A stretch of DNA of 64,000 bases from Candidatus Magasanikbacteria bacterium RIFOXYC2_FULL_42_28 (GTDB lineage Bacteria > Patescibacteriota > Patescibacteriia > Magasanikbacterales > GWA2-37-8). The stretch is taken from assembly GCA_001784435.1 (NCBI GenBank), contig MFQZ01000005.1:25015-89014 (forward strand). The letters run 5' to 3'. Below the pieces are notes generated by a model. That model was not told the DNA's origin. It saw only the letters and a list, made by a program, of their open reading frames with translations, and ran no database searches. Positions 28,265-38,385 of the stretch are shown in pieces (position 1 is the stretch's first letter; each line of letters starts with the position of its first letter). The translations under genes and the position numbers were made by a program.

Positions 28265-30037
28265 ATGCGAATTGACCAAGGACAATTCCTACAAGTGGGA
28301 GAACGGGCTGGAGTCAAAAATCATGACATCGCTAAAATCTTAGCGGATATAGAAGGTGAAACGGGAGAGAAAGTAAAGCCGGAAGTTGCCCGCGCGATTT
28401 TGAGAATGTTATCTGGCAAAGAATTGAAAGGCGATGACGCCAAAACTCTTCTCAGAGAAATCAACGCTGAATTGTATGATGTTGGAGTTAGATCAGCATC
28501 GCAAAACCCAGACCAAAATGCCGAAGTGTCCTGGACAAAAGATAAAAGAGATAGTGTTAAAATATTGGTGGCCGCTTTAGAAGGATGTTTATTTGACGGC
28601 CAAATACTTAATATCAAACCGGAGCACTACTCCTTGTTTGCTTTTTTGGTTAATCGCTTGGCTAAAATCGGCGAAACTCAAGTCCGGGCTGGCGGCGAAC
28701 TACTAGTGGCCGATTATAATAAAGAAAAATTAGAATCCTTTGTACGCGACGTAGAACAATTCGCCCAACAATTCCTTACTCCAGATAATCTGGAAACCGA
28801 AGAACAAAATTGTAAAATAAACATAGAAGAAAATAACCGTCAAAGCTACGCGTTGGCAGAGACAGTAAAAAATAAAGAACTTCAAGCCCGACAAAAAGAT
28901 GATGCTAATCCTCAACTGACAAAGCAACGTAAAAAAACAGAGGAAAGTCGACGGTATTTTTATGATTATAAAAATGATAACGAACGGGCCCTACACAACG
29001 AGCTCGGTGAGATCATTAACGAAATAATTGAAAGATTGGAACAAATGAAAGAAGAGTATACTCCCGCCAGAGAAGAATTGGGGCGAGATACTCGACATAA
29101 TTATAAATCAGCAGTCCAGACGATGTTGGCAACATTAATAAAAAAAAGAAAAGATATCATTGATAAAATAATCAACAATATCGCCGGGGGTGAATGGAAT
29201 AAATTTTCTTTGGGGACAGTTCTAGAAGATGATCACTTCGCGTTAGAGGGAGAAGAGCGGGGAACTCATCATGCCTTGTCAGTTTTGTTGTGGGAACTGG
29301 AGCGTAGGCATCAAGCCGCCACTTCAAAAGCTGTTCAACCAAAAAAAATGGCGACGCCAAAAGCAGTGCCTAAAACAACACCAAAAATACAGGGTAAAGG
29401 TTTCGGGGCATTAGCTCAATTGAAGGATGCCTTACCAGATAACCCGACAAAAAAGCCACAAGAAAAATCGCTCTTAAGTTTGTTATCAGAGGATCTACCG
29501 GAAGGAACGCACATGCAAACTTTGCTTAGATTGAGAGACAACCTTATAGCCGACAAAAGACACGGGGAAGCGATGGCCACAAAAGTAGACACGGAACAAG
29601 AAAGAAAACAGCGCTACCAACTTGAAACAGAGCGAAGAGTATTATCTATACAATTAGGAAGCATAGAACGCCTAAAACAAGCATCGCCCCAATTAATTAT
29701 CGATAGTGGCAGTAGAATCAGGGCGAGTATTAAAACTAATCCGGGATCAGGACTATATTTGTTAAAAAGCATGATAGTGGCGTTAAAAGTTATGTTGGAT
29801 GAATATAATCTTCAAGATAATCAAAAACCAAGTGCCTCCATTGCTATTGATCTGGCTTTAAAAAAACGGCCGAGTAATGGACAAAAAACAGGACAAATCT
29901 TCATGGGACCTCGTGGTGGATTTGACAGCAGAAACCCAGCCGGTAATAATTATGAAACTGTCCATTTTCCTCCTGAACATCTGCCTTTTGCATTGGCGGC
30001 GGTTGCTTACGCCTTAAAACAAAAAGACGCGGAGTGA
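28265..30037 (+). CDS. Large hypothetical helical/coiled-coil protein
   Basis: 590-aa ORF, E/K/Q-rich, no recognised motif. Confidence 0.75.
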   Translation: MRIDQGQFLQVGERAGVKNHDIAKILADIEGETGEKVKPEVARAILRMLSGKELKGDDAKTLLREINAELYDVGVRSASQNPDQNAEVSWTKDKRDSVKILVAALEGCLFDGQILNIKPEHYSLFAFLVNRLAKIGETQVRAGGELLVADYNKEKLESFVRDVEQFAQQFLTPDNLETEEQNCKINIEENNRQSYALAETVKNKELQARQKDDANPQLTKQRKKTEESRRYFYDYKNDNERALHNELGEIINEIIERLEQMKEEYTPAREELGRDTRHNYKSAVQTMLATLIKKRKDIIDKIINNIAGGEWNKFSLGTVLEDDHFALEGEERGTHHALSVLLWELERRHQAATSKAVQPKKMATPKAVPKTTPKIQGKGFGALAQLKDALPDNPTKKPQEKSLLSLLSEDLPEGTHMQTLLRLRDNLIADKRHGEAMATKVDTEQERKQRYQLETERRVLSIQLGSIERLKQASPQLIIDSGSRIRASIKTNPGSGLYLLKSMIVALKVMLDEYNLQDNQKPSASIAIDLALKKRPSNGQKTGQIFMGPRGGFDSRNPAGNNYETVHFPPEHLPFALAAVAYALKQKDAE

Positions 30038-30127
30038 GCCGTATAAAATGTAACATTTCCCCATATTTTACGTCTACTACCATATAACCCCCCCATTTGG
30101 GGGCAATTTGCGTATTTTGGGATATTT

Positions 30128-31900
30128 ATGAAAACGGAATTAAAAAATTACACTAAAACGACTTTAAAAATATACTGGAAATTTACCAAAAAATATCCGG
30201 TGCTTTTGACGTTGATGATTTTAGGCGTAGTAGTTGGCGCCGCCACAAACGCTATTATCCCGCTTTACTTCAAGCGGTTGTTTGATGCTTTAACCACCCT
30301 ACCGCAAAATTTGGAATCAGCCGCATTTCTGGTTGAGATTCTAATACTTATCGCTATTGTTGAATTGATACATTGGTTTGCCTGGCGCGTTTCCGAATTT
30401 TCCGCTTCGCTGTCTGTCTCCAGAATTATTAAAGAATTATCCGACTACTGTTTTGCTTACTTGCACAAACACTCTTTAACTTTTTTTAACAATAACTTCG
30501 GGGGCTCTTTGACCAAGCGCGTTAATCGCTTTTCTCGATCTTACGAATCTATCACCGACCGCGTTCAATACGATTATATCCCTTTGGTTGTCAATGTAAT
30601 TTTAATAGTGGCAATTTTGATGGCGCGTAATGTCTATATTGGTCTGGGAATGATGCTGTGGGTGCTAATATTCACCACCATCAATATAATCTTCAGCCGT
30701 TACAAATTGCCATATGATCTGGAACGCAGTAACGCCGACACGGCCACCACCGGCATTTTGGCCGACACTATTACCAACCACAATAACGTTAAATTGTTTG
30801 GTGGATATGAAAGGGAAATAAAAAACTATGGGCACGCGACGGATAAATTACGCCGCCTACGTTTATTAACCTGGATAATGGGTTCGGGATTTTTCGCCTT
30901 CCAAGGACTATTCATTACGGCACTCGAAATCGCTTTATTTTACTTCGCCATCAAACTTTGGGTAATGGGGCAATTTACCATCGGTGATTTTGTTCTTATT
31001 CAATCATATATTATTATCGTTATCGGCAAGGTGTGGGATTTCGGCCGCGTGATTCAGCGCACTTACGAAGATTTGAGCGATGCCAATGAAATGACGGAGA
31101 TTTTAGAAACACCACACGAAATTGCTGACATTCCCGGAGCCAAAATGATAAAAATAAAAAATGGAGAAATTAAATTTGACAATGTTAAATTTTGCTACAA
31201 CGAAACGCGAACGGTGTTGGATAAATTTAATTTAACCGTAACGCCGCAAGAAAAAATCGCATTGGTTGGCCCTTCGGGCGCTGGAAAATCCACCATCGTG
31301 CGTTTAATTTTACGCCAGCACGAATTAACCGCCGGAAAAATTTTAATTGATGACCAGCCCATTGAAAAAATCACTTTGGAAAGCTTATGGAGCGCGGTGT
31401 CGCTGGTGCCACAAGACCCGATTTTATTTCACCGCACTTTGGCGGAAAATATCAGCTACGGCAAACCGAATGCCACCAAAGCCGAGATTGCGAAAGCGGC
31501 AAAATTGGCGCATTGTGATGAATTTATCAAGGACTTGTCCAAGGGCTACGACACTTATGTGGGCGAACGCGGGGTCAAATTATCTGGTGGCGAACGCCAG
31601 CGCGTGGCCATCGCGCGCGCTATTTTGCACAACGCGCCGATATTGGTGTTGGATGAAGCCACTTCCAGTTTAGATTCGGAATCCGAACGCTTGATTCAAG
31701 ATGCTCTTGGCAAATTGATTGAGGGAAAAACCGTGATAGTGGTGGCGCACCGCTTGTCCACGATTATGAAGATGGACCGCATTATCGTAATTGATGCCGG
31801 TAAAATCGCGGAGCAGGGGAGCCACAGCGAGCTTCTCAAAAAACCAAATGGTCTTTATCGGAAATTATGGCAGGTGCAAGCGGGAGGGTTTATTGGGTAA
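30128..31900 (+). CDS. ABC exporter, fused permease and ATPase (MsbA/MdlB type)
   Basis: N-terminal TM domain, GPSGAGKST, LSGGERQR, LDEATS. Confidence 0.95.
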   Translation: MKTELKNYTKTTLKIYWKFTKKYPVLLTLMILGVVVGAATNAIIPLYFKRLFDALTTLPQNLESAAFLVEILILIAIVELIHWFAWRVSEFSASLSVSRIIKELSDYCFAYLHKHSLTFFNNNFGGSLTKRVNRFSRSYESITDRVQYDYIPLVVNVILIVAILMARNVYIGLGMMLWVLIFTTINIIFSRYKLPYDLERSNADTATTGILADTITNHNNVKLFGGYEREIKNYGHATDKLRRLRLLTWIMGSGFFAFQGLFITALEIALFYFAIKLWVMGQFTIGDFVLIQSYIIIVIGKVWDFGRVIQRTYEDLSDANEMTEILETPHEIADIPGAKMIKIKNGEIKFDNVKFCYNETRTVLDKFNLTVTPQEKIALVGPSGAGKSTIVRLILRQHELTAGKILIDDQPIEKITLESLWSAVSLVPQDPILFHRTLAENISYGKPNATKAEIAKAAKLAHCDEFIKDLSKGYDTYVGERGVKLSGGERQRVAIARAILHNAPILVLDEATSSLDSESERLIQDALGKLIEGKTVIVVAHRLSTIMKMDRIIVIDAGKIAEQGSHSELLKKPNGLYRKLWQVQAGGFIG

Positions 31901-31913
31901 AGGCAGGGCGATT

Positions 31914-32040
31914 TGTCATTGCAAGCGAAGCGATCTCTCGTCAATTGTCATTTCGAATCCCCGTCGCAGGGGTGAGAAATCTCTGTCTTAAATAATTTTA
32001 CTAACCGGACAGAGATTCCTTCTTCGTCGTCGGAATGACA
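31914..32040. repeat. Family A: truncated TTGC-subtype arm (31914-31938) plus complete element (31946-32040)
   Basis: TGTCATTGCAAGCGAAGCG..., then TGTCATTTCGAATC...GAGAAATCTCTGTC...GACAGAGATTCC...TCGGAATGACA. Confidence 0.9.
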
Positions 32041-32047
32041 ACAAAAT

Positions 32048-32081
32048 AAAAATATCACGAAATTAATCGTGATATTTTTTT
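32048..32081 (+). terminator. Terminator-like hairpin of the recurring ATATCACGA/TCGTGATAT type
   Basis: AAAAATATCACGA-AATTAA-TCGTGATATTTTTTT. Confidence 0.7.
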
Positions 32082-32154
32082 ACCAATGGTTACCACATAG
32101 CACATTTTTGCCTTTTTGTCAATGGTGAGATATAATACCTGTCATTAACAAAAT

Positions 32155-35100
32155 ATGCTTAATAATACCCTCAACCCCGCCCAACTCGAAGCCATAAAAC
32201 ACACCACCGGCCCACTTTTGATTGTCGCCGGGGCTGGTACTGGCAAAACTACCGTGATTGCGGAAAAAATCGCTTATCTTGTTAATACCCAAAAAATTCC
32301 AGCCAAAAATATTTTAGCTGTTACTTTTACCGAAAAAGCCACTGCCGAGATGTCCGACCGCGTGAGCGCCTTATTGCCGGACGGGGGATTGGACGCGACG
32401 GTTTGCACCTTTCATTCTTTGGGACGTAGAATTTTGGAAACGCATGGATTGGAAGTGGGGTTGCCGAATAATTTTAAAGTGTTAAACGATATTGAAGCGT
32501 GGTTGCTTGTACGCCAAAATTTAGAAAGATTTAATTTGGATTATTATCGACCGCTGGGTAATCCGGCAAAATTTATTCACGCGCTTTTAAAACATTTTGG
32601 CCGGTGTAAAGATGAGTTGATTACACCGGAGAAATATTTAGCGCATGCGGAAAATTTACAGTTGGATGGAGATTCCTCGTCGCTCCCGCTCGCTCGGAAT
32701 GACAATGACGGTGAAAGCGATGCGCTTATCCAAAAACGCACAGCCGAACTATCCTCGGCTTACCACTTGTATAATCAAATCTTATTAGAAAACGACTGCT
32801 TGGATTTTTCCGATTTAATTTTCTATACAGTTAAACTTTTACGCGAACGGCCAAATATTTTAAAAATTTATCAAAACATTTGGCCGAATATTTTGGTAGA
32901 TGAATTTCAAGACACCAACTGGGCACAATATGAATTAATAAAATTATTGGCCAAAGGGCGCGAAGATACGGTTGGCCTAACGGTGGTAGGTGATGATGAC
33001 CAAAGTATTTATAAATTCCGCGGTGCTAGCGTCGCCAATATTTTACAATTTTCAACTGACTTTCCAAAATCCAAACAAGTGGTGCTGACCGAAAATTACC
33101 GCTCTGGCCAAACAATTTTGGACTATGCGCATAATTTTATTACCTTAAATAATCCGGACCGACTGGAAGCAAAATTAGGGTTAGATAAAAAATTAATTTC
33201 CGCTACTAAAAAATTTGCCACCGTAGAATTTAGCAATCCAACGAGTGCTAGTGCTGAGGGTGAGGAGATTGCCAAAAATATTCTGGCACTAAAAAAGAAA
33301 AACGATTTGGGGTGGTCGGACTTCGCCGTTTTATGTCGCACCCACCAGATCGTTGACCAAATTTTGCCATCTTTAACCAGTCGCGGTATCCCAACGGTAA
33401 GCGCGGGCGCATCCGGTTATTTACGCACTGGCGCGGCCTTAAACTGCTTGGCGGCTTTTAAATTGGCGGATAATTATCACGAATCACCGGCCGTCTATCG
33501 CTTATTAAATTCCGTGATTTACGATTTACCTTATGAAGACGCGTCTAAATTGGCATTGTTTGTTAAAAGAAAATCAGTATCACTTTACCAAGCGGTTAAA
33601 GCCGGAGTAAATGGAGAAATAAAATTAAGTACCGCTGGACAAATTTGCACTGCTAAATTTTTGGCCGATACTGCTAAATTATCCGTGGACGCTAAAACCG
33701 AACCGGCAATTAAGGTGTTGTATAATTTCTTAGAAAATTCCGGTTATTTAAAAAAGTTGGCGGACGCGCCGGAAAAAAATTATCGCGATATTATGGCTTT
33801 GCAAGCGCTGTTTGATTATTTGGAAAAATTCCAAAGTGATAATCCGGATACAGGCGTCGGCGCGTGGCTTAAATATTATGAATACGCGCTGGAGGCCGGG
33901 GAAACAGGGGAGGCCGAAGCCGATAGCGCCGATGGCGTGCCAGTTTTGACTATCCACAGCGCCAAGGGACTGGAATTTGAATATGTCTTTATTCCGTCAC
34001 TCGTGGATTTGCGTTTTCCAGCGGTGAATCGTTCGGAAGCGATTGAATTGCCGAGCGAATTAGTTAATGAAAAAGTTTTGCCAGAAGACGACGCGCATTT
34101 GGAAGAAGAGCGACGTTTGTTTTATGTGGCACTAACACGCGCCAAAAGCGGGGTATTTTTATCCGGCGCCAAGGACTACGGCGGGGCGCGCGAGAAAAAA
34201 TTATCACGATTTGTTTCCGAATTGGAAAAAACGAATAAGGTAAAATTGAACGACCACTCCCTCACCCCCTCCTCCGAGAGGCGGGGGAAGGCGACGATTT
34301 CCCCTCCTGCCCGAGGAGGGGACGAAGGGGCGGTAAGAGCAATTACCACCCCTCAAACATTTTCCTTTTCTCAGATCTCAACCTACCAATCCTGCCCCTG
34401 GCAATATCGCTATAAATTCATTTTGCATATTCCCACTTTGGGCAAAGGCGTGTTTAGTTTTGGCCACACCTTGCATCTTACCTTACAAAAATTTTACGAA
34501 CGACTAATCGCGTTAAATTCCGCGCGCCAAGGCGAACTGTTCGACGCGCCTCACATTTCTCCCCCTGCCCGAGGGGGAGACGAAGAGGGGGTGGGAGCAA
34601 TCACAGTTGCCAGTTTAGAAGAACTACTGGAATTATATCGCGCTAACTGGCAAGATGATTGGTTTTATAGTGCGGAAAATAAAGCCCGCTACCGTGCCGA
34701 AGGGGAAACAATCTTAAAAAACTTTTACGCAATAAACACAAAAGCCGGCTGGACAATACCGCTGGGTTTAGAAACCGGTTTTCGATTTAAAGTGGCTGGC
34801 GCTGATTTCAAAGGTCAAATTGATCGCATTGACCGCCAAGCCGATGGAAAAATCCGCTTAATTGACTACAAAACCGGCCGACCAAAAACTACGCTTACTT
34901 TTAACGATAAATTACAGTTATTAGTTTACCAATGGGCCGCCACGAGTATTTCGGCGTTAGCTCAAATGGGGGAAATCGGCACACTTTCGTATTTTTATTT
35001 AAATGATGGCACCGAGATGGATTTTATCGGCGCAGAAAAAGATTTAGCCAAAACCGCTGCGACTGTGGAAGAAATAATTAAAAAAATTCAAGCGCGCGAT

Positions 35101-35172
35101 TTTACATCCACGCCCGATAAAGAAACCTGCGCGAATTGTGATTTTCGCGATATTTGTGAATTTAGAAAATGA
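32155..35172 (+). CDS. UvrD/PcrA-family helicase fused to a C-terminal PD-(D/E)XK nuclease with an Fe-S-type Cys motif
   Basis: AGAGTGKT, VDEFQD, GDDDQSIYKFRG, TIHSAKGLEF, EERRLFYVALTRA, GQIDRID...IDYKTG, CP...CxxCDFRDIC. Confidence 0.9.
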   Translation: MLNNTLNPAQLEAIKHTTGPLLIVAGAGTGKTTVIAEKIAYLVNTQKIPAKNILAVTFTEKATAEMSDRVSALLPDGGLDATVCTFHSLGRRILETHGLEVGLPNNFKVLNDIEAWLLVRQNLERFNLDYYRPLGNPAKFIHALLKHFGRCKDELITPEKYLAHAENLQLDGDSSSLPLARNDNDGESDALIQKRTAELSSAYHLYNQILLENDCLDFSDLIFYTVKLLRERPNILKIYQNIWPNILVDEFQDTNWAQYELIKLLAKGREDTVGLTVVGDDDQSIYKFRGASVANILQFSTDFPKSKQVVLTENYRSGQTILDYAHNFITLNNPDRLEAKLGLDKKLISATKKFATVEFSNPTSASAEGEEIAKNILALKKKNDLGWSDFAVLCRTHQIVDQILPSLTSRGIPTVSAGASGYLRTGAALNCLAAFKLADNYHESPAVYRLLNSVIYDLPYEDASKLALFVKRKSVSLYQAVKAGVNGEIKLSTAGQICTAKFLADTAKLSVDAKTEPAIKVLYNFLENSGYLKKLADAPEKNYRDIMALQALFDYLEKFQSDNPDTGVGAWLKYYEYALEAGETGEAEADSADGVPVLTIHSAKGLEFEYVFIPSLVDLRFPAVNRSEAIELPSELVNEKVLPEDDAHLEEERRLFYVALTRAKSGVFLSGAKDYGGAREKKLSRFVSELEKTNKVKLNDHSLTPSSERRGKATISPPARGGDEGAVRAITTPQTFSFSQISTYQSCPWQYRYKFILHIPTLGKGVFSFGHTLHLTLQKFYERLIALNSARQGELFDAPHISPPARGGDEEGVGAITVASLEELLELYRANWQDDWFYSAENKARYRAEGETILKNFYAINTKAGWTIPLGLETGFRFKVAGADFKGQIDRIDRQADGKIRLIDYKTGRPKTTLTFNDKLQLLVYQWAATSISALAQMGEIGTLSYFYLNDGTEMDFIGAEKDLAKTAATVEEIIKKIQARDFTSTPDKETCANCDFRDICEFRK
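32666..32704. repeat. Family A right arm in frame inside the helicase gene
   Basis: ATGGAGATTCCTCGTCGCTCCCGCTCGCTCGGAATGACA encodes GDSSSLPLARND; near-identical to the rsmI arm. Confidence 0.9.
34253..34334. repeat. Family E element (CCCC/GGGG double hairpin) in frame in the helicase-nuclease linker
   Basis: ACCACTCCCTCACCCCCTCCTCCGAGAGGCGGGGAA...TTCCCCTCCTGCCCGAGGAGGGGACGAAGGGGCGGT. Confidence 0.85.
34558..34596. repeat. Family E arm in frame in the nuclease domain
   Basis: TCTCCCCCTGCCCGAGGGGGAGACGAAGAGGGGGTGGGA encodes SPPARGGDEEGVG. Confidence 0.85.
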
Positions 35173-35173
35173 T

Positions 35174-35464
35174 ATGCAAACCCTTGGCTCACTCTTAAAC
35201 CGTCCCAATCAAAACCGTCCGCTTTTAAAACAGGTGCGTGCGGCGATGGTGGTGGAAGCGGCCAATGAATTTATCAGTAAGACATATGGCCAAGGCGCGG
35301 AAAATCAAGCGCGCGCTCTTTACTTAAAAAATGGAATTTTAACCATCGCTTGTTTAAGTTCGGTGTTGGCCCAAGAAATGCGCTTACGAGAAAAGGAATT
35401 ATTGCGAGCGGTTAGTGCTAAATTTAGTCCAGATACCATAAAAAAAGTCCGTTATTTGGCTTAA
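35174..35464 (+). CDS. DUF721/DciA family protein
   Basis: LKNGILTIACLSSVLAQEMRL motif; start reassigned to MQTLG. Confidence 0.75.
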   Translation: MQTLGSLLNRPNQNRPLLKQVRAAMVVEAANEFISKTYGQGAENQARALYLKNGILTIACLSSVLAQEMRLREKELLRAVSAKFSPDTIKKVRYLA

Positions 35465-35526
35465 AATCAACAGTTGCCAAACTCCAAAAAATAGAGTAAA
35501 ATACCGTCATAATACTCATTTCAAAT

Positions 35527-35913
35527 ATGACTTTAAAACAGTACTTAATTTTGATGTCCGTCGCCACGGCTGTTTGTTGGCTCGCGTGGCTGTTTGTAAT
35601 TTTTAATCTTGACCCAACTACCGCCGGCGCTTTGGGGTTATCATTTTTTTATTTTACTTCATTTTTTGCTCTGATTGGAACTTTCGCCACACTGGGATTT
35701 TGGATGCGAGAATTATTTTCTAAAACCGACGAGGTAGAATTCCGAATTGTTAAAAAAACTTTTCGACAGGGGATAGTGCTGTCGGGATTTATTATACTCA
35801 TGTTATTTTTACAACAAAAAGAAATGTTAAATTGGTGGACCGGAACAATTATTTTATTAATGTTATTTATTACCGAAGGTCTGGTGTTTCAATTTAAATC
35901 GCACGCTCAATAA
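35527..35913 (+). CDS. Hypothetical 4-TM membrane protein
   Basis: Four hydrophobic segments, FRQG motif. Confidence 0.7.
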   Translation: MTLKQYLILMSVATAVCWLAWLFVIFNLDPTTAGALGLSFFYFTSFFALIGTFATLGFWMRELFSKTDEVEFRIVKKTFRQGIVLSGFIILMLFLQQKEMLNWWTGTIILLMLFITEGLVFQFKSHAQ

Positions 35914-35918
35914 CAAAC

Positions 35919-35985
35919 TGTCACCCTGAGCTTGTTTCAGGATCTCCTGGATAACACGGGATGCTGAAATATATTCAGCATGACG
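35919..35985. repeat. Family A-related element (CCTGA/TTCAG subtype)
   Basis: TGTCACCCTGAGCTTGTTTCAGGATCTC...GGGATGCTGAAATATATTCAGCATGAC; same two-arm architecture. Confidence 0.8.
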
Positions 35986-35996
35986 ATTAATTAATT

Positions 35997-37037
35997 ATGT
36001 TTGACAATATTTTAAACAGATTTCGCAAAGGGCTGGGAATTGATCTTGGCACGGCTAACACGCTAATTTACGTCAAAGGCCACGGTATCGTAATTAACGA
36101 ACCGTCGGTGGTGGCGGTCAATACTAAAACCGAACAAATTTTAGCAGTTGGCAATGAAGCGCGTGAAATGTTGGGTAAAACTCCGCCCCACATCCTAACC
36201 ACTCGTCCACTGTCCGGTGGCATTATTTCGGACTTTGAGGTGGCGGAAAAAATGTTACGCTATTTTTTTGATAAAATTAACGAAAGCGAACGACAGAAAT
36301 TCGCCCGCCCGACGGTTATTATCGGCGCGCCACTGGAAATTACCGAGGTGGAACGCAAGGCCATTTCGGACGCGGTAATCAGCGCCGGCGCGAAAAATGT
36401 TTGGGTAGTAGAAGAACCAATGGCAGCGGCGATTGGCGCCCGCATGCCGATTCGTGAACCGATTGGTAATATTATCGTCGAAATTGGCGGTGGTACTACC
36501 GAAATCGCGGTAATATCATTGAGCGGAATTGTTAAATGGCGATCAATTAAAATCGCGGGCGATGAACTAAATCGCAATATCATGCAATACGCGCGCGAGC
36601 ATTTTAATTTACTTTTAGGTGAAAAACAAGCCGAAGACATTAAAATTCAAATTGGTTCAGCCGTGGAAATTCCCCAAAGCGCTCAATACCCCATGCGTGG
36701 CCGCGACTTGGTAACCGGACTGCCCAAAGAAATTATGATTAGTGATAGCGAAGTGCGTGAATCAATGGTAAAATCATTACGCACAATTGTGGAAAATATT
36801 AAAGCCACCTTAGAAATATCACCACCGGAGTTAGTGGCCGACATTCACGAACGTGGCCTGCTTTTATCCGGCGGAGGAGCGCTACTTAAAGGACTGGACC
36901 AATTGATAGCGCGCGCGACGGAAATTCCCGTGCGTGTCGCGGACGATCCTCTAACTAGCGTAGTACGTGGGACCGGTATTTTACTGGATGAGCCGGAACT
37001 TTTATCCGAAGTAACCGTACTCACGACCAAACACTAA
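35997..37037 (+). CDS. mreB: Rod shape-determining protein MreB
   Basis: GIDLGTANT, EEPMAAAIGA, IGGGTTE, GGGALL. Confidence 0.95.
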   Translation: MFDNILNRFRKGLGIDLGTANTLIYVKGHGIVINEPSVVAVNTKTEQILAVGNEAREMLGKTPPHILTTRPLSGGIISDFEVAEKMLRYFFDKINESERQKFARPTVIIGAPLEITEVERKAISDAVISAGAKNVWVVEEPMAAAIGARMPIREPIGNIIVEIGGGTTEIAVISLSGIVKWRSIKIAGDELNRNIMQYAREHFNLLLGEKQAEDIKIQIGSAVEIPQSAQYPMRGRDLVTGLPKEIMISDSEVRESMVKSLRTIVENIKATLEISPPELVADIHERGLLLSGGGALLKGLDQLIARATEIPVRVADDPLTSVVRGTGILLDEPELLSEVTVLTTKH

Positions 37038-37041
37038 ATCT

Positions 37042-37830
37042 ATGGCCAATAATCGTCGCTCCAATCGAAATATATTATCTTTCGCCTTTTTGGCGATAAT
37101 TTTTTTGGCTCATATTTTTGGCTTGTTAAAACCGATGGAATCAAAAATTCGCCTGCTATTGTCGCCACTGTTGGCTAAAATATACGGATCCACTAATCCT
37201 GAACTTTTTAAAATCAGCAAACAAGAACTTTACGGGCAGTACCAACAGTGCTTGGCTGTTCAAAATGAAACCGCGTATTTTCGCGCCCAAACAGAAATGT
37301 TAAAAATTGAAAATCAAAATTTGCGCCTTGCTTTAAAATTTTCCGAACGTGCGCCTTATAAATTAATAACCGCGCAAGTAATCGGACGCAGTATTGATTT
37401 GTCCGAACAAACGCTCTTAATTAACGTTGGACAAAATTCGGGTCTGACAGTAAACCAACCGGTAATTGTCGGCGAGGGGCAGTTAGTGGGAAAAATTACT
37501 AATTTAGACGCCAATTCCGCTTGGGTGCGCCTCCTCTCGGACAGTCGCAGTAAGATAGCGGCCCTAATTTTAAATGATGAAAAAAGCGGTGGCGTCGTTG
37601 AGGGTGGTTATGGATTAAGCATAAAAATGGAATTTATACCGCGCAATGAAACAGTTAAAATCGGTGACCAAGTGATTACCTCCGGACTGGAATCAAATGT
37701 ACCGAAAGGATTATTAATCGGAACAGTGGCGGCGCTTGAAAATGAGGCCTACAAACCATTTCAACAGGCGATTATTACCCCAGCCGGGAGTTTGGAAAAA
37801 ATTGATATTGTGAGTGTAATCATCAATTGA
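37042..37830 (+). CDS. mreC: Rod shape-determining protein MreC
   Basis: ENQNLR coiled coil, GDQVITSGL, PKGLLIG. Confidence 0.9.
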   Translation: MANNRRSNRNILSFAFLAIIFLAHIFGLLKPMESKIRLLLSPLLAKIYGSTNPELFKISKQELYGQYQQCLAVQNETAYFRAQTEMLKIENQNLRLALKFSERAPYKLITAQVIGRSIDLSEQTLLINVGQNSGLTVNQPVIVGEGQLVGKITNLDANSAWVRLLSDSRSKIAALILNDEKSGGVVEGGYGLSIKMEFIPRNETVKIGDQVITSGLESNVPKGLLIGTVAALENEAYKPFQQAIITPAGSLEKIDIVSVIIN

Positions 37831-37836
37831 CAACCT

Positions 37837-38382
37837 ATGTCTTGGTATCATAAATTTTTAATATGGATCATCGCCCCCATCATTCTCGCCACTTTACAAA
37901 TTATTTGGCGCTGGTATTGGCCGGAACCGATTAACCACGCGCAAATAATTTTTGCCGGATTAACAATTTGGCTTTTGTACTCACCCACGAAAACTAACCT
38001 TTTTTGGATGATATTTTTGATATACTGGTTGCTTGACTTAGTATCAGCCCTGCCATTTGGCATAAATACCATTAGCGCGTTCTTAAGTTTTTTATTGCTT
38101 TATCGCTTGTCTACTCGAGTGTTTACCGGACACTCAATTTCAACCGCATTTTTATTAACCGCTATCGGCAGTGTCGCTTTTAGAATAATTTATCTTTTAA
38201 CGGCGCTACTCTGGGGATTTATTGACCTGACACAGATTGTCGGACAAAATAGTTCGCTAATGTCAATTATTTGGGAAATAACACTGACAGCAATCGTGGC
38301 GGTAATTATATTTTTGGCGTCAGTTTTTGGAACACGTCGTTTTAATCCGCGCTATATTTTAGTGGATAATATTAATAAATAA
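37837..38382 (+). CDS. mreD: MreD-like membrane protein
   Basis: Hydrophobic, LLDLVSALPFG, between mreC and mrdA. Confidence 0.7.
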   Translation: MSWYHKFLIWIIAPIILATLQIIWRWYWPEPINHAQIIFAGLTIWLLYSPTKTNLFWMIFLIYWLLDLVSALPFGINTISAFLSFLLLYRLSTRVFTGHSISTAFLLTAIGSVAFRIIYLLTALLWGFIDLTQIVGQNSSLMSIIWEITLTAIVAVIIFLASVFGTRRFNPRYILVDNINK

Positions 38383-38385
38383 AAT

